Source: a bacterium
GTDB taxonomy: Bacteria; Zixibacteria; MSB-5A5; CAIYYT01
Assembly: GCA_016708315.1 (NCBI GenBank)
Contig: JADJGC010000024.1
Location: 26,638-90,637 of the forward strand
Reading direction: 5' to 3'
DNA length: 64,000 bases
The first letter of the stretch is position 1. Every line of letters starts with the position of its first letter. Positions 10,885 through 21,338 of this stretch are shown here, in pieces. A program made the translations under genes and the position numbers. Under the pieces are notes generated by a model. The model did no database searches and was not told where the DNA came from. It worked only from the letters and a program-made list of their open reading frames with translations.

Positions 10885-12281
10885 CAGTTTCTTCTCCCCA
10901 TTGTCGCTTTAAGACCCTGTTCGACGAGTTCGAGTTTGATACCGCGAGAGGCTTTGAGGAGAAGGAGGTCGCCTGATTGCAGATAGTTTGCCAGAAGTTC
11001 GACGGCGGCGCTGTGGTCGGAAGCGATGTGTATATTGGCTGAGTCGAGACCGGCTTTGATTGCGGCATCTCGAACTACAGTCGAAAACGATCCAAGCAGA
11101 ACCAAGAAATCAATTTTGGAAGCGGCAATCTTGCGGCCGAGTTCGGCGTGGTACTCTTCTGCCTTATCGCCGAGTTCGAGCATATCTCCGAAGACGACGA
11201 CTTTGCGACCGGGGACTTTCATCGAAGCGACGGTGTCGAGGGCGCCTTTGGCAGAGACCGGATTCGAGTTGTAGGCGTCGTTGATGATCGTGACACCCAA
11301 GTGGTCCTCGGCAGTCATGCGATTGCCGGTTGGAACGAATGTCTCGATACCGGATTTGACCTGCGCATACGGCACGTCCATAAGTTTGGCGACCGAAATT
11401 GCGGCGAGGCAATTGGAGACGTGATGGAGTCCCAGCACCGGCATGGTGATGTCGTCGCCGTGGTAAATCAGATGCGCGCGTCCGGCGCCATTCATGCGAA
11501 CATCGTCGGGATGGACATCGTATTCGGGAGATGTGCCGTACGTTAACTTGTTGATCTTATAGCGATATGAGCGCGAGCGAATTTGCGGATCGTCCATATT
11601 CAGCACGACCCAATCGGTGGTGCGGCAATCCTGCAGCATCTCGAACTTCGCTTCGGCGACGGCATCGATGGTCTTGAGGGTTTCCAGATGTCCCGGGCCG
11701 ATGTTGAGAATTACGCGGATATCGGGGGCGAACAATTCAACGAGGCGCTTGATCTCGCCCGGTGTCGACATCGCGAATTCGAATACGGCGACCACGCAGT
11801 CGCGAGTGAACTCGAAGATCGAAAGCGGCACACCAAATTGATTGTTCAGATTGCCGCGCGTCGCACAGGTGCGGTACTTCGCAGAAAGCAGATTCACGAC
11901 CAGCGACTTGGTAGTGGTCTTGCCATTGGTGCCGGTGATGGCGATCTTGCGCGGAGCAATGAGATTCAGATAGAACTTTGCCAGCAGTTGCATTGCATCG
12001 AGTGTGTCATCGACGGCAACTACGACGGCGCCGCCGAGTTTTGCGAATTCTGCATAACGCGATTTGGCGACGACGATGATCTTGTTGCCATTGGCGACTG
12101 CATCGCGAGCGAAGTCGTGGCCGTCGAATCTCTCGCCTTTGATGCAGAAGAAGATCCCACCCGATGATTTGGCGCGACTGTCGATGGAAACGCCGGTAAA
12201 TGGCGTATCGAGGTTTTCCGGTATGTTGACTTCGAAGTTGCCGAATGATGGCGTGAATTCTCTGAGCATTCCGCTGATCAT
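10884..12281 (-). CDS. murF: UDP-MurNAc-tripeptide--D-Ala-D-Ala ligase MurF
   Basis: P-loop ITGTNGKTTTKSL. Positioned between murE and mraY. Confidence 0.85.
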   Translation of the reverse strand: MISGMLREFTPSFGNFEVNIPENLDTPFTGVSIDSRAKSSGGIFFCIKGERFDGHDFARDAVANGNKIIVVAKSRYAEFAKLGGAVVVAVDDTLDAMQLLAKFYLNLIAPRKIAITGTNGKTTTKSLVVNLLSAKYRTCATRGNLNNQFGVPLSIFEFTRDCVVAVFEFAMSTPGEIKRLVELFAPDIRVILNIGPGHLETLKTIDAVAEAKFEMLQDCRTTDWVVLNMDDPQIRSRSYRYKINKLTYGTSPEYDVHPDDVRMNGAGRAHLIYHGDDITMPVLGLHHVSNCLAAISVAKLMDVPYAQVKSGIETFVPTGNRMTAEDHLGVTIINDAYNSNPVSAKGALDTVASMKVPGRKVVVFGDMLELGDKAEEYHAELGRKIAASKIDFLVLLGSFSTVVRDAAIKAGLDSANIHIASDHSAAVELLANYLQSGDLLLLKASRGIKLELVEQGLKATMGRRN

Positions 12282-13750
12282 GCGTTCAGTCCCTTCAAGG
12301 CTTCTTCAATGACTTCGCGATCATCGAAATGAATCTTGGTCGTGCCGAGTATCTGATAGTTTTCATGTCCCTTGCCGGCTACGACGAGCAAGTCATTCTC
12401 GCGGCAGAGAGCGACGGCAGCGGCGATGGCTTTGCGGCGATCTGGTTCGATGACAGTCAATTTCTGACCGACGAGGCCGGGCTTGATGTCTTCGATGATC
12501 TTAAGCGGATCTTCAGTGCGAGGATTGTCGGAAGTGACAATCACGACATCGGCGGCGCTGGAAGCGGCTTTGCCCATCAGCGGACGTTTGCCGCGGTCGC
12601 GGTCGCCGCCGCAACCGAAGAGCACCATCAGGCGTCCCTTGCAGATTTGGCGAGCGGTTTCGAGAATTTTGGTCAATGCATCGGGCGTGTGCGCGTAGTC
12701 GATCAAAACTGTGAACGGTTGGCCAATGGAGACTTTTTGAGCGCGTCCGTGAACGTGGCTGCGTGAACTCAATCCTTTGGCAATCAGCGATGGTTCGATT
12801 CCACTGGCGACGGCACAGGCAGCCGCGCAAAGAGCGTTTTCGATATTGAAGCGGCCAAGCAACTGCAAATGCACGTGCTCGTTGCCAAGCGGTGTGATCA
12901 GCGTGAAGCTTGATCCGTCAGTTGACATGACCAAATCTTCGAGACGCACATCGGCGCTTGGGTCGCTGACGGAGAAAGTCAGATACGACGAGCGGACGCG
13001 GCGCATCAGGAAGTCGTAGCTCGGATCATCAAGGTTGAGCACCGCCCATTTGTCTTTGCCTTCAACGAGATCGAGGATATGCGCTTTGGCATCGCGGTAG
13101 TTCTCGAGAGTCTTGTGATAGTCGAAATGATCCTGCGTGATGTTACTGATCGCGACGACTTGAAACGCGAGCTCTTCGACGCGATACATGGAAAGGGCGT
13201 GCGAAGACACCTCGGCGGCGACGTAGCGAACACCCTCGTTGACCATGATAGTCAACAGGCGTTCGAGTTCGAGCGGGCCGGGAGTCGTGTTGAGTGCTTC
13301 AAACGAATGTTTGGCGGTGTAATAGCCAAGTGTGCCGATGACGCCAACGGGGCTGGTACGCTGTTCGAAGATTGATTTCAGCAACCAGGTGATTGTGGTT
13401 TTGCCGTTGGTTCCGGTGACGCCGATCAGTTTGAGTTTGCGGCTCGGGTGATCGTAATAGCGCGCGGCAATTTTGGCAATTGCGCGGCGAATATCGCCGA
13501 CACGGGCGTGGCACTTGACCTTGGTCTGCAGATCGCCGGGCGACACAACTGCTGTAGCGCCGCGAGTGACAGCATCGCTGATGTATTTTTCGCCATCGTC
13601 GGCGAATCCGGGAATGGCGACGAAGACGTCGTTGGCTTCCACCAGGCGACTGTCGACTTCAACTTTGTTGATTTCGAAATCGGGGTCGCCATCAAAGACG
13701 ACGCCGTCGATTCCCTGCACCAGTTCCCTGAATTTCACAACAGCTTCCAT
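12278..13750 (-). CDS. murE: UDP-MurNAc-L-Ala-D-Glu--2,6-diaminopimelate (or lysine) ligase MurE
   Basis: P-loop GVTGTNGKTTITWL and Mur ligase C-terminal domain motifs. Confidence 0.88.
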   Translation of the reverse strand: MEAVVKFRELVQGIDGVVFDGDPDFEINKVEVDSRLVEANDVFVAIPGFADDGEKYISDAVTRGATAVVSPGDLQTKVKCHARVGDIRRAIAKIAARYYDHPSRKLKLIGVTGTNGKTTITWLLKSIFEQRTSPVGVIGTLGYYTAKHSFEALNTTPGPLELERLLTIMVNEGVRYVAAEVSSHALSMYRVEELAFQVVAISNITQDHFDYHKTLENYRDAKAHILDLVEGKDKWAVLNLDDPSYDFLMRRVRSSYLTFSVSDPSADVRLEDLVMSTDGSSFTLITPLGNEHVHLQLLGRFNIENALCAAACAVASGIEPSLIAKGLSSRSHVHGRAQKVSIGQPFTVLIDYAHTPDALTKILETARQICKGRLMVLFGCGGDRDRGKRPLMGKAASSAADVVIVTSDNPRTEDPLKIIEDIKPGLVGQKLTVIEPDRRKAIAAAVALCRENDLLVVAGKGHENYQILGTTKIHFDDREVIEEALKGLNA

Positions 13751-13753
13751 TCC

Positions 13754-15832
13754 CTAATCCACATTGCAGATTAACCGCAGGCTGCGGGTTGAAGCCAGAC
13801 TATCGGGCGCAATTTCAATGACCTGCTTGACAAACCCCGAGCCTTCGACATCGAAATTGAATCCCCACTCGCGAACTTGCGCGACGGCGCTGCGTACGGA
13901 CATGCCGATCAGTTCGGCATACTTGCCGACGCTGTCGGGTTCGGCGTTAGTCAATTGGACGATGAGACGTTCGCCCTCCATCAGGATGCTGCCCGCCTTG
14001 GGCACCTGACGGGCGATGATGTCGCCGGAGTTGAGGATGGTGACGTCGAGAGCAATCGTATCGAGAATCTCTTGAACAGTCGAAAGGGTGTGTCCTTCCA
14101 GTTCCGGGACGCGAATTTCACGCGGCGCAGACTTCGCGGCTTGTTCGGCGAAGAGTTCCGGCTCAGTGAGTTTTTCTTTGGTGGAGACGCGTTCGGCGAT
14201 GCGGCGGAAGATGCGTCCCGAAGTCATACCGGCGTAATGAATCGGTTGTGGGTCGTCGAGGACGATCACGCCGACAGCGATGGGTTCATCAGCAGGAAAA
14301 TGACCGGCAAAGGTCGAGATGTAGCTATTCTGGTAGTAGCCGCCGGTTTCGAGATTAACTTTTTGCGCAGTGCCTGTCTTGCCTGCAAACGTAACGACTT
14401 TGGACTTACTGTACTTGGCAGTACCAGTATCGACGACGGCTTTCATGAACTGCTTGAGGGTTTCGCAAGTTTCTGCCGAGAGCAATGTGCGAATCTTGGT
14501 TGGTGTGTGCTGTTGCACGATTTCGCCGGTCGGCGAGGTAATTTTTTGAATGATGTACGGTTGATAGAGCGCACCTTCGGACGAAACGACGCTAAAGGCA
14601 GAGGCCAATTGAAGAGCAGTGACACCAATGCCGTGCCCCATGGCAAACTGCGAAGTGAAGAAGTCGGACCATTTGTTGGGTTCGCGCATCAAGCCGGGCA
14701 TTTCGCCGGGCATGTCGATGCCGGAACGCATTCCGAATCCGAAATACTTGGCGTACTTGTACATCATCTTGTTGCCGAGTTTGCAGGCGACTCGGGCTGT
14801 ACCGATGTTGGACGAGAATGCGAAGATGTTGCGCACTGACATGTCGCCGTGCTTCTTGTCGTCGTGAATCCATTTGCCGGAAAACTGGGCTTTGCCGTTG
14901 CCGCAGTGGAATTCGTCGTTCGGCTTGGAGCTTCCCTCTTCTAGTGCGGCGGCAATGGCAATCAGTTTGAAAACCGAGCCGGGTTCGAATACATCAGCAA
15001 TGGCTTCGTTCTTTTGGGATGCGGCACTCTTGGAGTAGGGATAGTAAGAAGCCATGGCGAGGATGGCGCCGTCGCTGGGTTTGATGAAGACGGCGATTCC
15101 GGATTGAGCGGAGAAAGTGTCGACGCCGTTCTTTAATTCTTGTTCGACGATTGCCTGCCAGTCGAGGTCGATGGTAAGTTGGACATCATTGCCGTTGCGG
15201 GGATCAACTAAGTCTTTGCTGGCAACGCGGTAGATCTTGCCGACGGCGTCGCGTTCGACACGGGTTTTTCCGGGTGTGCCGTTAAGGACGTCATTGAGTG
15301 CATATTCGAGTCCGGAAATTCCCTGATTTTCCGTGTCGACTGTGCCGAGCAAGTCGCGGCCAAGGGTCTCGCGCGGGTAGTTGCGCTTCATTTCGCGTTG
15401 GGAGAACAAGCCGGGCAGTTTGCGGGCTTCAAGAGCTTCGGCTTTCTCGCCGTCAAGACGACGGCAGAGCCAAGTGAAGCTTTCGACGCGGCCTTTGAGT
15501 TTGGTGCGCAGATCGTTACGCGAAACGTTCATATATGGCGCCACGACATTGGCGATTTCCAATGCGGCGGCTTCGTCGGGTGGATAGGCGAAAAATGACT
15601 TAGTTGGGGCGTTGCTTGCGAGAGTGCGACCTTCAGTATCAAGAATTCTGCCGCGCTGTGCCGGGACTTCGATTTCGCCGCGGCTCTGATTGTTGGCGAT
15701 GGTGCTGTATTGGGCGCCGTTGACAATTTGGATATTGATCAAGCGCGCCACGATGGCAAGCCAGACAAACGAAACTGCGATGATCAGGGCGTAAACACGG
15801 CCACGTGAAATGAAGAATCCCTGCGAGTTCAT
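13754..15832 (-). CDS. ftsI: Peptidoglycan D,D-transpeptidase FtsI (class B PBP)
   Basis: SxxK (GSVFKL), SSN and KTG (AGKTGTA) motifs. N-terminal TM anchor. Confidence 0.88.
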   Translation of the reverse strand: MNSQGFFISRGRVYALIIAVSFVWLAIVARLINIQIVNGAQYSTIANNQSRGEIEVPAQRGRILDTEGRTLASNAPTKSFFAYPPDEAAALEIANVVAPYMNVSRNDLRTKLKGRVESFTWLCRRLDGEKAEALEARKLPGLFSQREMKRNYPRETLGRDLLGTVDTENQGISGLEYALNDVLNGTPGKTRVERDAVGKIYRVASKDLVDPRNGNDVQLTIDLDWQAIVEQELKNGVDTFSAQSGIAVFIKPSDGAILAMASYYPYSKSAASQKNEAIADVFEPGSVFKLIAIAAALEEGSSKPNDEFHCGNGKAQFSGKWIHDDKKHGDMSVRNIFAFSSNIGTARVACKLGNKMMYKYAKYFGFGMRSGIDMPGEMPGLMREPNKWSDFFTSQFAMGHGIGVTALQLASAFSVVSSEGALYQPYIIQKITSPTGEIVQQHTPTKIRTLLSAETCETLKQFMKAVVDTGTAKYSKSKVVTFAGKTGTAQKVNLETGGYYQNSYISTFAGHFPADEPIAVGVIVLDDPQPIHYAGMTSGRIFRRIAERVSTKEKLTEPELFAEQAAKSAPREIRVPELEGHTLSTVQEILDTIALDVTILNSGDIIARQVPKAGSILMEGERLIVQLTNAEPDSVGKYAELIGMSVRSAVAQVREWGFNFDVEGSGFVKQVIEIAPDSLASTRSLRLICNVD

Positions 15833-16356
15833 TTGCCGGTTTTGCCCGATCCCTTTTTCTTCGTGGTTGGTTTCTTCGCTGCCGGTTTTGATTTCTTAGA
15901 GCCAGTAGAGGACTTGGCTGCGGACTTGGAGGTGGACTTCTTGGTATTCGATTTAGGCTTGACAGCGGCGGCTTTTTCCTTTTTCACGGGGACAGACGTA
16001 GCCAGCAGTTTTGCCGAGTCGGCAGGGGCAGTCGCAACATGGGGAACTACTACCGATGCAAACTGGGCTTCGCGCAGGGGCAGCATCGCCAGTTGATTAC
16101 GCGCGATCGATTCGATGTTCTCTATCGAAGAAAGAAACTCAACTTCGTTCTGGAGCGACTGAATGCGTTCCTTGAGTAGGCCGACTCGCAGTTTGCGTTG
16201 GGAGTGCTCATCGGCAAGTTGGAGCGTGTAGACTCTTTGCCAGACGAACATGTAAGCAAAGAGAAGCGCGAGCGCCAACAGACCGAAAGACGCCAGCGCC
16301 ACGTGACGGCGTTGTCTTTTCTTCTGCTCTTTTTGTTCAGTCCAGCTTGTTTTTTG
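15829..16356 (-). CDS. ftsL: FtsL-like division protein (single TM, coiled coil) with an unusual lysine-rich C-terminal tail of about 55 aa
   Basis: Sits between rsmH and ftsI. TM helix VALASFGLLALALLFAYMFVW followed by a coiled region. Tail reads KKEKAAAVKPKSNTKKSTSKSAAKSSTGSKKSKPAAKKPTTKKKGSGKTGK. Confidence 0.6.
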   Translation of the reverse strand, partial: QKTSWTEQKEQKKRQRRHVALASFGLLALALLFAYMFVWQRVYTLQLADEHSQRKLRVGLLKERIQSLQNEVEFLSSIENIESIARNQLAMLPLREAQFASVVVPHVATAPADSAKLLATSVPVKKEKAAAVKPKSNTKKSTSKSAAKSSTGSKKSKPAAKKPTTKKKGSGKTGK

Positions 16357-16410
16357 CATAGTAAATATTGTGAGGCGGTCAGCCAGTCCTTGGCCGACCA
16401 CCCCACGTCC

Positions 16411-17373
16411 TCAAGAGGTTCCCAGCTTCGCAGCCGCACGCAACCTTGCGCTCCGAGAGCGCTGATTTCTTGATATTTCCGCTTCGCCCGGCATAATCGC
16501 CTTGCGAGTGATTCTCCGAAGTAGAGGTTTCTTGCCGCAAACGCATACCGGAACGCGTGGCGGACAGATGCAGGGATTTTCCTGCGCGACCATGAACTGT
16601 TTGACAGCACGGTCTTCGAGGGAGTGGAAACTAATTACCGCCAGAACGCCGTCGACACGCAGGTAGTCCACGATTTTCGGCAGAACGGTGTTGAGCTGTT
16701 CGAGCTCGTCGTTGACCCAGATGCGCAAGGCTTGCCAGATTTGCGAAAGCCCTTGTTTCGTTTTCTCGCGCTTGAGATACGGTGTCACCACAGAGACAAG
16801 GTCGGCTACAGTAGCAAGTTGTCCGGCATCGGCCGCGGAAATGATGGCTTCTGCGATGCGATGGGCACGATCTACCTCGCCGTATTCGCGCAAAATCTGC
16901 GTAAGCTCATTCACTGAAACCTGCGAGAGCTTGGTTGACAACGACTGGCCTGAAGATTTGTCAAAGCGCAAATCGAGGGCATCGTTCGATACCTGATGTG
17001 CAAAGCCCCGGTTTGAATGTTCGAGTTGGTCCGACGACAGACCAAGATCCAACAGCGCGAAATCAACTTTCCCCTTGTCGGCCTCGCCCAAGTGCAGATC
17101 AAAATTCGCATAGGAATCATGCACCAGGCGCAGTTGATTGTTATATGCTTTGAGACGTTGATTGGTTCTCGCCAATGCGTCAACATCCCTGTCGAAGCCG
17201 ATCACTTGCGCTGCCTCTCCCAATAGTTTTAGAATTGCTTCTGTATGTCCGCCGCTACCGACGGTAAAATCCACCACTAATCTTGCGCCGTGTGGCACCA
17301 AGGACAGTACTTCGTCCACGAGGACGGGAGCATGCGTCGGGCTATTTGCGTTTTCCGAACAGATTCTCGACAA
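16411..17373 (-). CDS. rsmH: 16S rRNA (cytosine1402-N4)-methyltransferase RsmH/MraW
   Basis: Contains VDFTVGSGGHTEAIL and other SAM-methyltransferase motifs. Conserved dcw position. Confidence 0.9.
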   Translation of the reverse strand: MSRICSENANSPTHAPVLVDEVLSLVPHGARLVVDFTVGSGGHTEAILKLLGEAAQVIGFDRDVDALARTNQRLKAYNNQLRLVHDSYANFDLHLGEADKGKVDFALLDLGLSSDQLEHSNRGFAHQVSNDALDLRFDKSSGQSLSTKLSQVSVNELTQILREYGEVDRAHRIAEAIISAADAGQLATVADLVSVVTPYLKREKTKQGLSQIWQALRIWVNDELEQLNTVLPKIVDYLRVDGVLAVISFHSLEDRAVKQFMVAQENPCICPPRVPVCVCGKKPLLRRITRKAIMPGEAEISRNQRSRSARLRAAAKLGTS

Positions 17374-17794
17374 CCTCTTCCACAGTCATCGGGAATGACT
17401 GATCGTAGGCCTTGTAACGCTGTTCGTTCCAAAGCTCGATTCGTTCGCGCACGCCCAGAATCAGAACTTGTTTATCGATTCCGGCATAATCCAAGAGATG
17501 CTTGGGAATCGTGATGCGTCCTTGTGAGTCCGGTATGCCTTCTGCCGAGTTCGAATAGAGGAAGCGTTTGAGATGGCGTTCCTGCTTGGAATCCATCGCC
17601 GATTCAGGAGCAAGTTTTTCGGTAAATTTGCGAAATTCGGCGTCGGAATAAAGATCCAGACAACCGTCGACATTGAAAGTCACAAAGAACTTGTCAGAAC
17701 CCTGGGCGGCAGCAATCGCTCGATACTTCGCGGGAATGGCGATTCTGCCTTTCCCGTCGACAGCGACGGTCTGTTTTCCAGTGTAATCTAACAA
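17342..17794 (-). CDS. mraZ: Transcriptional regulator MraZ
   Basis: DYTGKQTVAVDGKGRIAIPAKYR with duplicated MraZ/SpoVT domain. Probable TTG start at 17794 preceded by GGAGGG with a 6-nt spacer. The track ORF extends to 17866. Confidence 0.8.
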   Translation of the reverse strand: MLDYTGKQTVAVDGKGRIAIPAKYRAIAAAQGSDKFFVTFNVDGCLDLYSDAEFRKFTEKLAPESAMDSKQERHLKRFLYSNSAEGIPDSQGRITIPKHLLDYAGIDKQVLILGVRERIELWNEQRYKAYDQSFPMTVEEVVENLFGKRK

Positions 17795-17853
17795 AAGCGA
17801 CCCTCCGAAACCGAAACTTCCCCAATATTCCCCTCGACTCACCAAAAGTATTG

Positions 17854-17882
17854 TCAAACACCCCACTTGTCAAGCAAAAAAC
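17854..17882 (-). promoter_or_regulatory. Candidate sigma70 promoter of the dcw operon (-35 TTGACA, 17-nt spacer, -10 TACTTT); a second TTGACA lies inside the spacer
   Basis: Read on the minus strand about 60 nt upstream of the proposed mraZ start. Confidence 0.35.
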
Positions 17883-18104
17883 CCCATCTAACCCGCGAAA
17901 ATTCTCAGTAATTGCAAACCTCCCACAGGTATGGGGCTTACACCACTCTCGGCGACATGAGAAGTGGTTCAGGTTGCGACACTTGTAACGACTTGAAAAT
18001 TCCGAACGGCTAAGGTATTGCTTTACAAGGTGATGCGGGAGGCGACTTGACAGAAGCCAATCGGCACGGACTTTGCCTTAATAAGGGCGGCAGAAGTCAA
18101 GTAA

Positions 18105-20483
18105 ATGGCGGGAGAAATGAAGAAGATCGTAATAATCTCTATAACATTATGCCTTTTAATGCTTTGCAGCATTTATGACGGCGAAGGTGCTTTGCGCGAA
18201 AAAGTCGGTTTTGAGATCAATTCGGTCAGCCTCACGACGGACCAGACAGGCACCACGATCGAACTCAATACTGTTGATAATCAACAAGTTACGACGACAG
18301 GCGGGCTCCCCGTTCTGATTCGTCGTTATCTGGTGAAAAATGGGGAATTTGACTCGGTTAAGGCGGTGACTTCACTCAAAGAGACTATTGCTGAGAATCT
18401 CACACTAAAAGTCGAGCCGGATGTGGCGACATTTGCCGGTGATCTTGGGCGTGATAAAACATTCTACGTTAATGAGTTAGAGCGATTTTCCGAAAAATAT
18501 ACTCCGACATCAAGCGCATTCGTGATCGACAATAGCCGCGACGGCGACAAGCAGATTGTCACGATTGGAATCCGGCCTTTGGATTTTGATGCAATGGCGG
18601 GGACTTTGACAGGATACTCGGACATCGCGCTGGAATTCTTCGGCTCAGCAGATTTGAGCATGGAGCAGATCAGCGAATCCGAATCTCAAAACACTCCCCT
18701 GCTCAATCGCTCGTCGGCGGGATTTGCTTCCACTAGTGGAGTAGTTGATTACTTGATAGTCACGCGCGGTGATTTTGTCGAAGCGTTTTCTGAATTGGTG
18801 CAGTGGAAAACGGCAAAGGGATTGAACGTCGAAGTAGCGCTCATCAGTGATATCATTGCCGGAAATTCCGGACTTGATGATGCCGAGAAATTGCGCAATT
18901 ACTTGATCAGCAGATACTCCAGTGGGTTGAAGTACGTGCTTCTGGGCGGCGACGAGACGGTGGTTCCGATTCGTTATGCGTACCACGCAAATAGTTCAAC
19001 ACAGCCGCCGCTTGATCTGATGAATATCTGTGATTTGTATTACGGAGATGTCAACGGCAATTGGGATGCTGATGGCGACGGCGTGTATGGTGAGCCCTCG
19101 CAGGACCAGCCGGATCTCTATGCCGAACTCTTGGTGGGCAGATTGCCGTTCCGCAATGCGACTCAGGTTGAAAGCTATGTAAACAAGTTAATCGCATACG
19201 AGCAGAATCCGGGAGCGGGAGATTACGATTATCTCAACCGGGCACTGTTCATTTCTGCGGATCAGATGCGCGACTATCAGGGAGTTGGACAGCATAGCCT
19301 GCTTGCAGGATCATACCCGAGTCACGTCACCAGCGATATCAGCGATGTTGTAGAAGCTCCGACCGGTGATGCCGCCAATCCGGCGACGCCGCTGGCGCCG
19401 AGCGCGATTCAGACAATGTCTCAGGGCTGGGGAATGATGACGCTTCTGATTCATGGAGTCAGCGACGGATGGGTACTGCGTTCGCACGAGTACAACGAAT
19501 GGCCAAAGCAATTCTTGTTCACCGCAGCGGGCACTGACGGCGATCACGGATTCCTGCCAAATCTCGCTTCCAATGGCAAGCCGGGTGTTATCTATTCGAT
19601 CGGTTGCGACAACGCGGCTTTCGATATGGATGCGCCACCGTTTGGTGTGACGAATCCTTGCGTAGCTGAATCGTTCCTGGCAAAAGCAAACGGCGGTGCG
19701 GTATGTTTTGTCGGATATTCGCGCTGGGGATGGGTAGCGAGTTCGTGGAAGTTGGAGGAGGCTTTCATCGACTACGTCTACAACACGAATAACAACGGCG
19801 CGGAAGCAGTGCGCTATTCCAAGACGTTGTTCCCCTATTATCGCGATCTGTGCTACGGGCTTAACTATTTCGGCGATCCTGAAATGGATATCTGGACCAA
19901 TATCCCTCAGGAACTGCAGATCACGCGCAACAAGATTAAGCAGACCGGCGAGATCGTAATCGCGGTTGAAGTGAGCGACGGTTCGTCAGCGGTTGCTGAT
20001 GCGATGGTAACGATAACGAAGAACGGCGAGATTATCGGCCAGGAACTTAGCGCAAGTGACGGATATGCGAATATCGCGGTTGATTTCACTCTGGCTGATG
20101 AGTTTGTCGTGATTGTTTACAAGGCCGGTTACGCGGTTGAGGCGGCAGTGCTGGTGCCGGAAATCGTGCTTGATGCCGACGATGAAACCGGAAGTACACT
20201 TCCGGAAGTGTTTGCGTTGTACCAAAATTTCCCGAATCCATTCAACCCGGTGACGACGTTGCGGTTTGATGTGCCGACATCGACGCGCGTAGTGGTGGAA
20301 GTCTACAACGTGCTGGGGCAGTTGATCAATGTAATTGCGGACAATTACGTTGGCCCGGGCACGCATGAAGTCGAATGGAGCGGGGTGGACTTTGCAGGAC
20401 GTGCGGTAAGTTCGGGTGTGTATTTTGCGCGAATGAGTTCGCCGGGATTTTCGCACGCGATCAAGATGTCGCTGCTAAAATGA
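18105..20483 (+). CDS. Secreted peptidase C25 (gingipain/PorU-like cysteine peptidase) with type IX secretion C-terminal sorting domain
   Basis: N-terminal signal peptide. C25-like catalytic His (LLIHGVSDGW, about 19450) and Cys (IYSIGCDNAAF, about 19600). Also LLGGDETVVPIRY and YYGDVNGNWDADGDGVYGE. The C-terminal about 90 aa (20200-20480) match the T9SS tail pattern (NFPNPFNPVTTLRF....VYNVLGQ...G.H.V.W.G.D..G..V.SGVYF). Confidence 0.75.
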   Translation: MAGEMKKIVIISITLCLLMLCSIYDGEGALREKVGFEINSVSLTTDQTGTTIELNTVDNQQVTTTGGLPVLIRRYLVKNGEFDSVKAVTSLKETIAENLTLKVEPDVATFAGDLGRDKTFYVNELERFSEKYTPTSSAFVIDNSRDGDKQIVTIGIRPLDFDAMAGTLTGYSDIALEFFGSADLSMEQISESESQNTPLLNRSSAGFASTSGVVDYLIVTRGDFVEAFSELVQWKTAKGLNVEVALISDIIAGNSGLDDAEKLRNYLISRYSSGLKYVLLGGDETVVPIRYAYHANSSTQPPLDLMNICDLYYGDVNGNWDADGDGVYGEPSQDQPDLYAELLVGRLPFRNATQVESYVNKLIAYEQNPGAGDYDYLNRALFISADQMRDYQGVGQHSLLAGSYPSHVTSDISDVVEAPTGDAANPATPLAPSAIQTMSQGWGMMTLLIHGVSDGWVLRSHEYNEWPKQFLFTAAGTDGDHGFLPNLASNGKPGVIYSIGCDNAAFDMDAPPFGVTNPCVAESFLAKANGGAVCFVGYSRWGWVASSWKLEEAFIDYVYNTNNNGAEAVRYSKTLFPYYRDLCYGLNYFGDPEMDIWTNIPQELQITRNKIKQTGEIVIAVEVSDGSSAVADAMVTITKNGEIIGQELSASDGYANIAVDFTLADEFVVIVYKAGYAVEAAVLVPEIVLDADDETGSTLPEVFALYQNFPNPFNPVTTLRFDVPTSTRVVVEVYNVLGQLINVIADNYVGPGTHEVEWSGVDFAGRAVSSGVYFARMSSPGFSHAIKMSLLK

Positions 20484-21338
20484 TTGGCCGGAGAATTTTC
20501 GATAGGCCGTTCGAATCGTTGCTCCAAGACCGAGAATGATTGCAGCCAAGGGCCGCAGGAGTACTTTGGCTCCCAGCAGTTCGTGCTTCGCAAGGTAACG
20601 GTAGAAGCCGCAATGAGAATCCCAAATCAGCCATGTTCCCTCTTGCCGGGTCGAGCCGCCAACTAAGTGGTGCGCTTTCGCTTCCGGTACAAATCTGATC
20701 TCCAGGCCGTCATCCGCAATTCGCTTACAGTAGTCGACATCCGAAAAGAAGATAAAGAACTTCTCGTCCAGCGGACCGAGCCGAGTGATCACATCACGTT
20801 TGAGCATGAGCGCGGAGGCCATCGGTTGTTGGACAACGCCAGCCGTGTTGTGGTCAAAGTAGCGATTGCGCCAATGGCCAAGTGTGACATTGCGTGGAAA
20901 CAGCATTGACAACAGAGCGGCATCGTAGACGAGTGTCGAAAACGTCGGGAAATTGCGGACACTATGCTGAATGCTGCCGTTGTGGTTGAGCAATTGCGGC
21001 GCTGATGCTGCAACGGTCGTACTGGCATCCAGCGCGGCCAGAAGCTTGGCAGTACAGTCGGCAATTAATCGGACATCCGGATTGAGAAGGAATATTACAT
21101 CGCCGGTCGCAGCAGCAATTGCTTGATTGGTTCCTCGCGTGTATCCGGTGTTTTGTTGATTGAGAATGTATCGGACGTTGCGGTTTCCGACGAGCTCGGC
21201 GCAATTTTCAGCGGGGCTGTTGTCGACGATGATGACTTCCCTTTCGAAGTCGCCCTGTTGTGCGTCGATGGAATCGAGCAGTGCGGCGATTGTCGCTTTC
21301 GAGCGATAGGCGACGATGAGATAGGAGACTTTGGTCAT
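20475..21338 (-). CDS. Family 2 glycosyltransferase
   Basis: N-terminus VSYLIVAYRS followed by a DxD-containing GT-A fold (IIVDNSP...LLNPD). Confidence 0.75.
   Translation of the reverse strand: MTKVSYLIVAYRSKATIAALLDSIDAQQGDFEREVIIVDNSPAENCAELVGNRNVRYILNQQNTGYTRGTNQAIAAATGDVIFLLNPDVRLIADCTAKLLAALDASTTVAASAPQLLNHNGSIQHSVRNFPTFSTLVYDAALLSMLFPRNVTLGHWRNRYFDHNTAGVVQQPMASALMLKRDVITRLGPLDEKFFIFFSDVDYCKRIADDGLEIRFVPEAKAHHLVGGSTRQEGTWLIWDSHCGFYRYLAKHELLGAKVLLRPLAAIILGLGATIRTAYRKFSGQSF

Noticed and set aside
17867-18104. tRNA, ncRNA or mobile element in the mraZ/C25-peptidase divergent spacer and other intergenic gaps (40037-40207, 44633-44656, 52171-52326)
   Set aside because: No cloverleaf-compatible segments, T-loop (GTTCGAATC-like) motifs, terminal inverted repeats or transposase/integrase fragments were seen.
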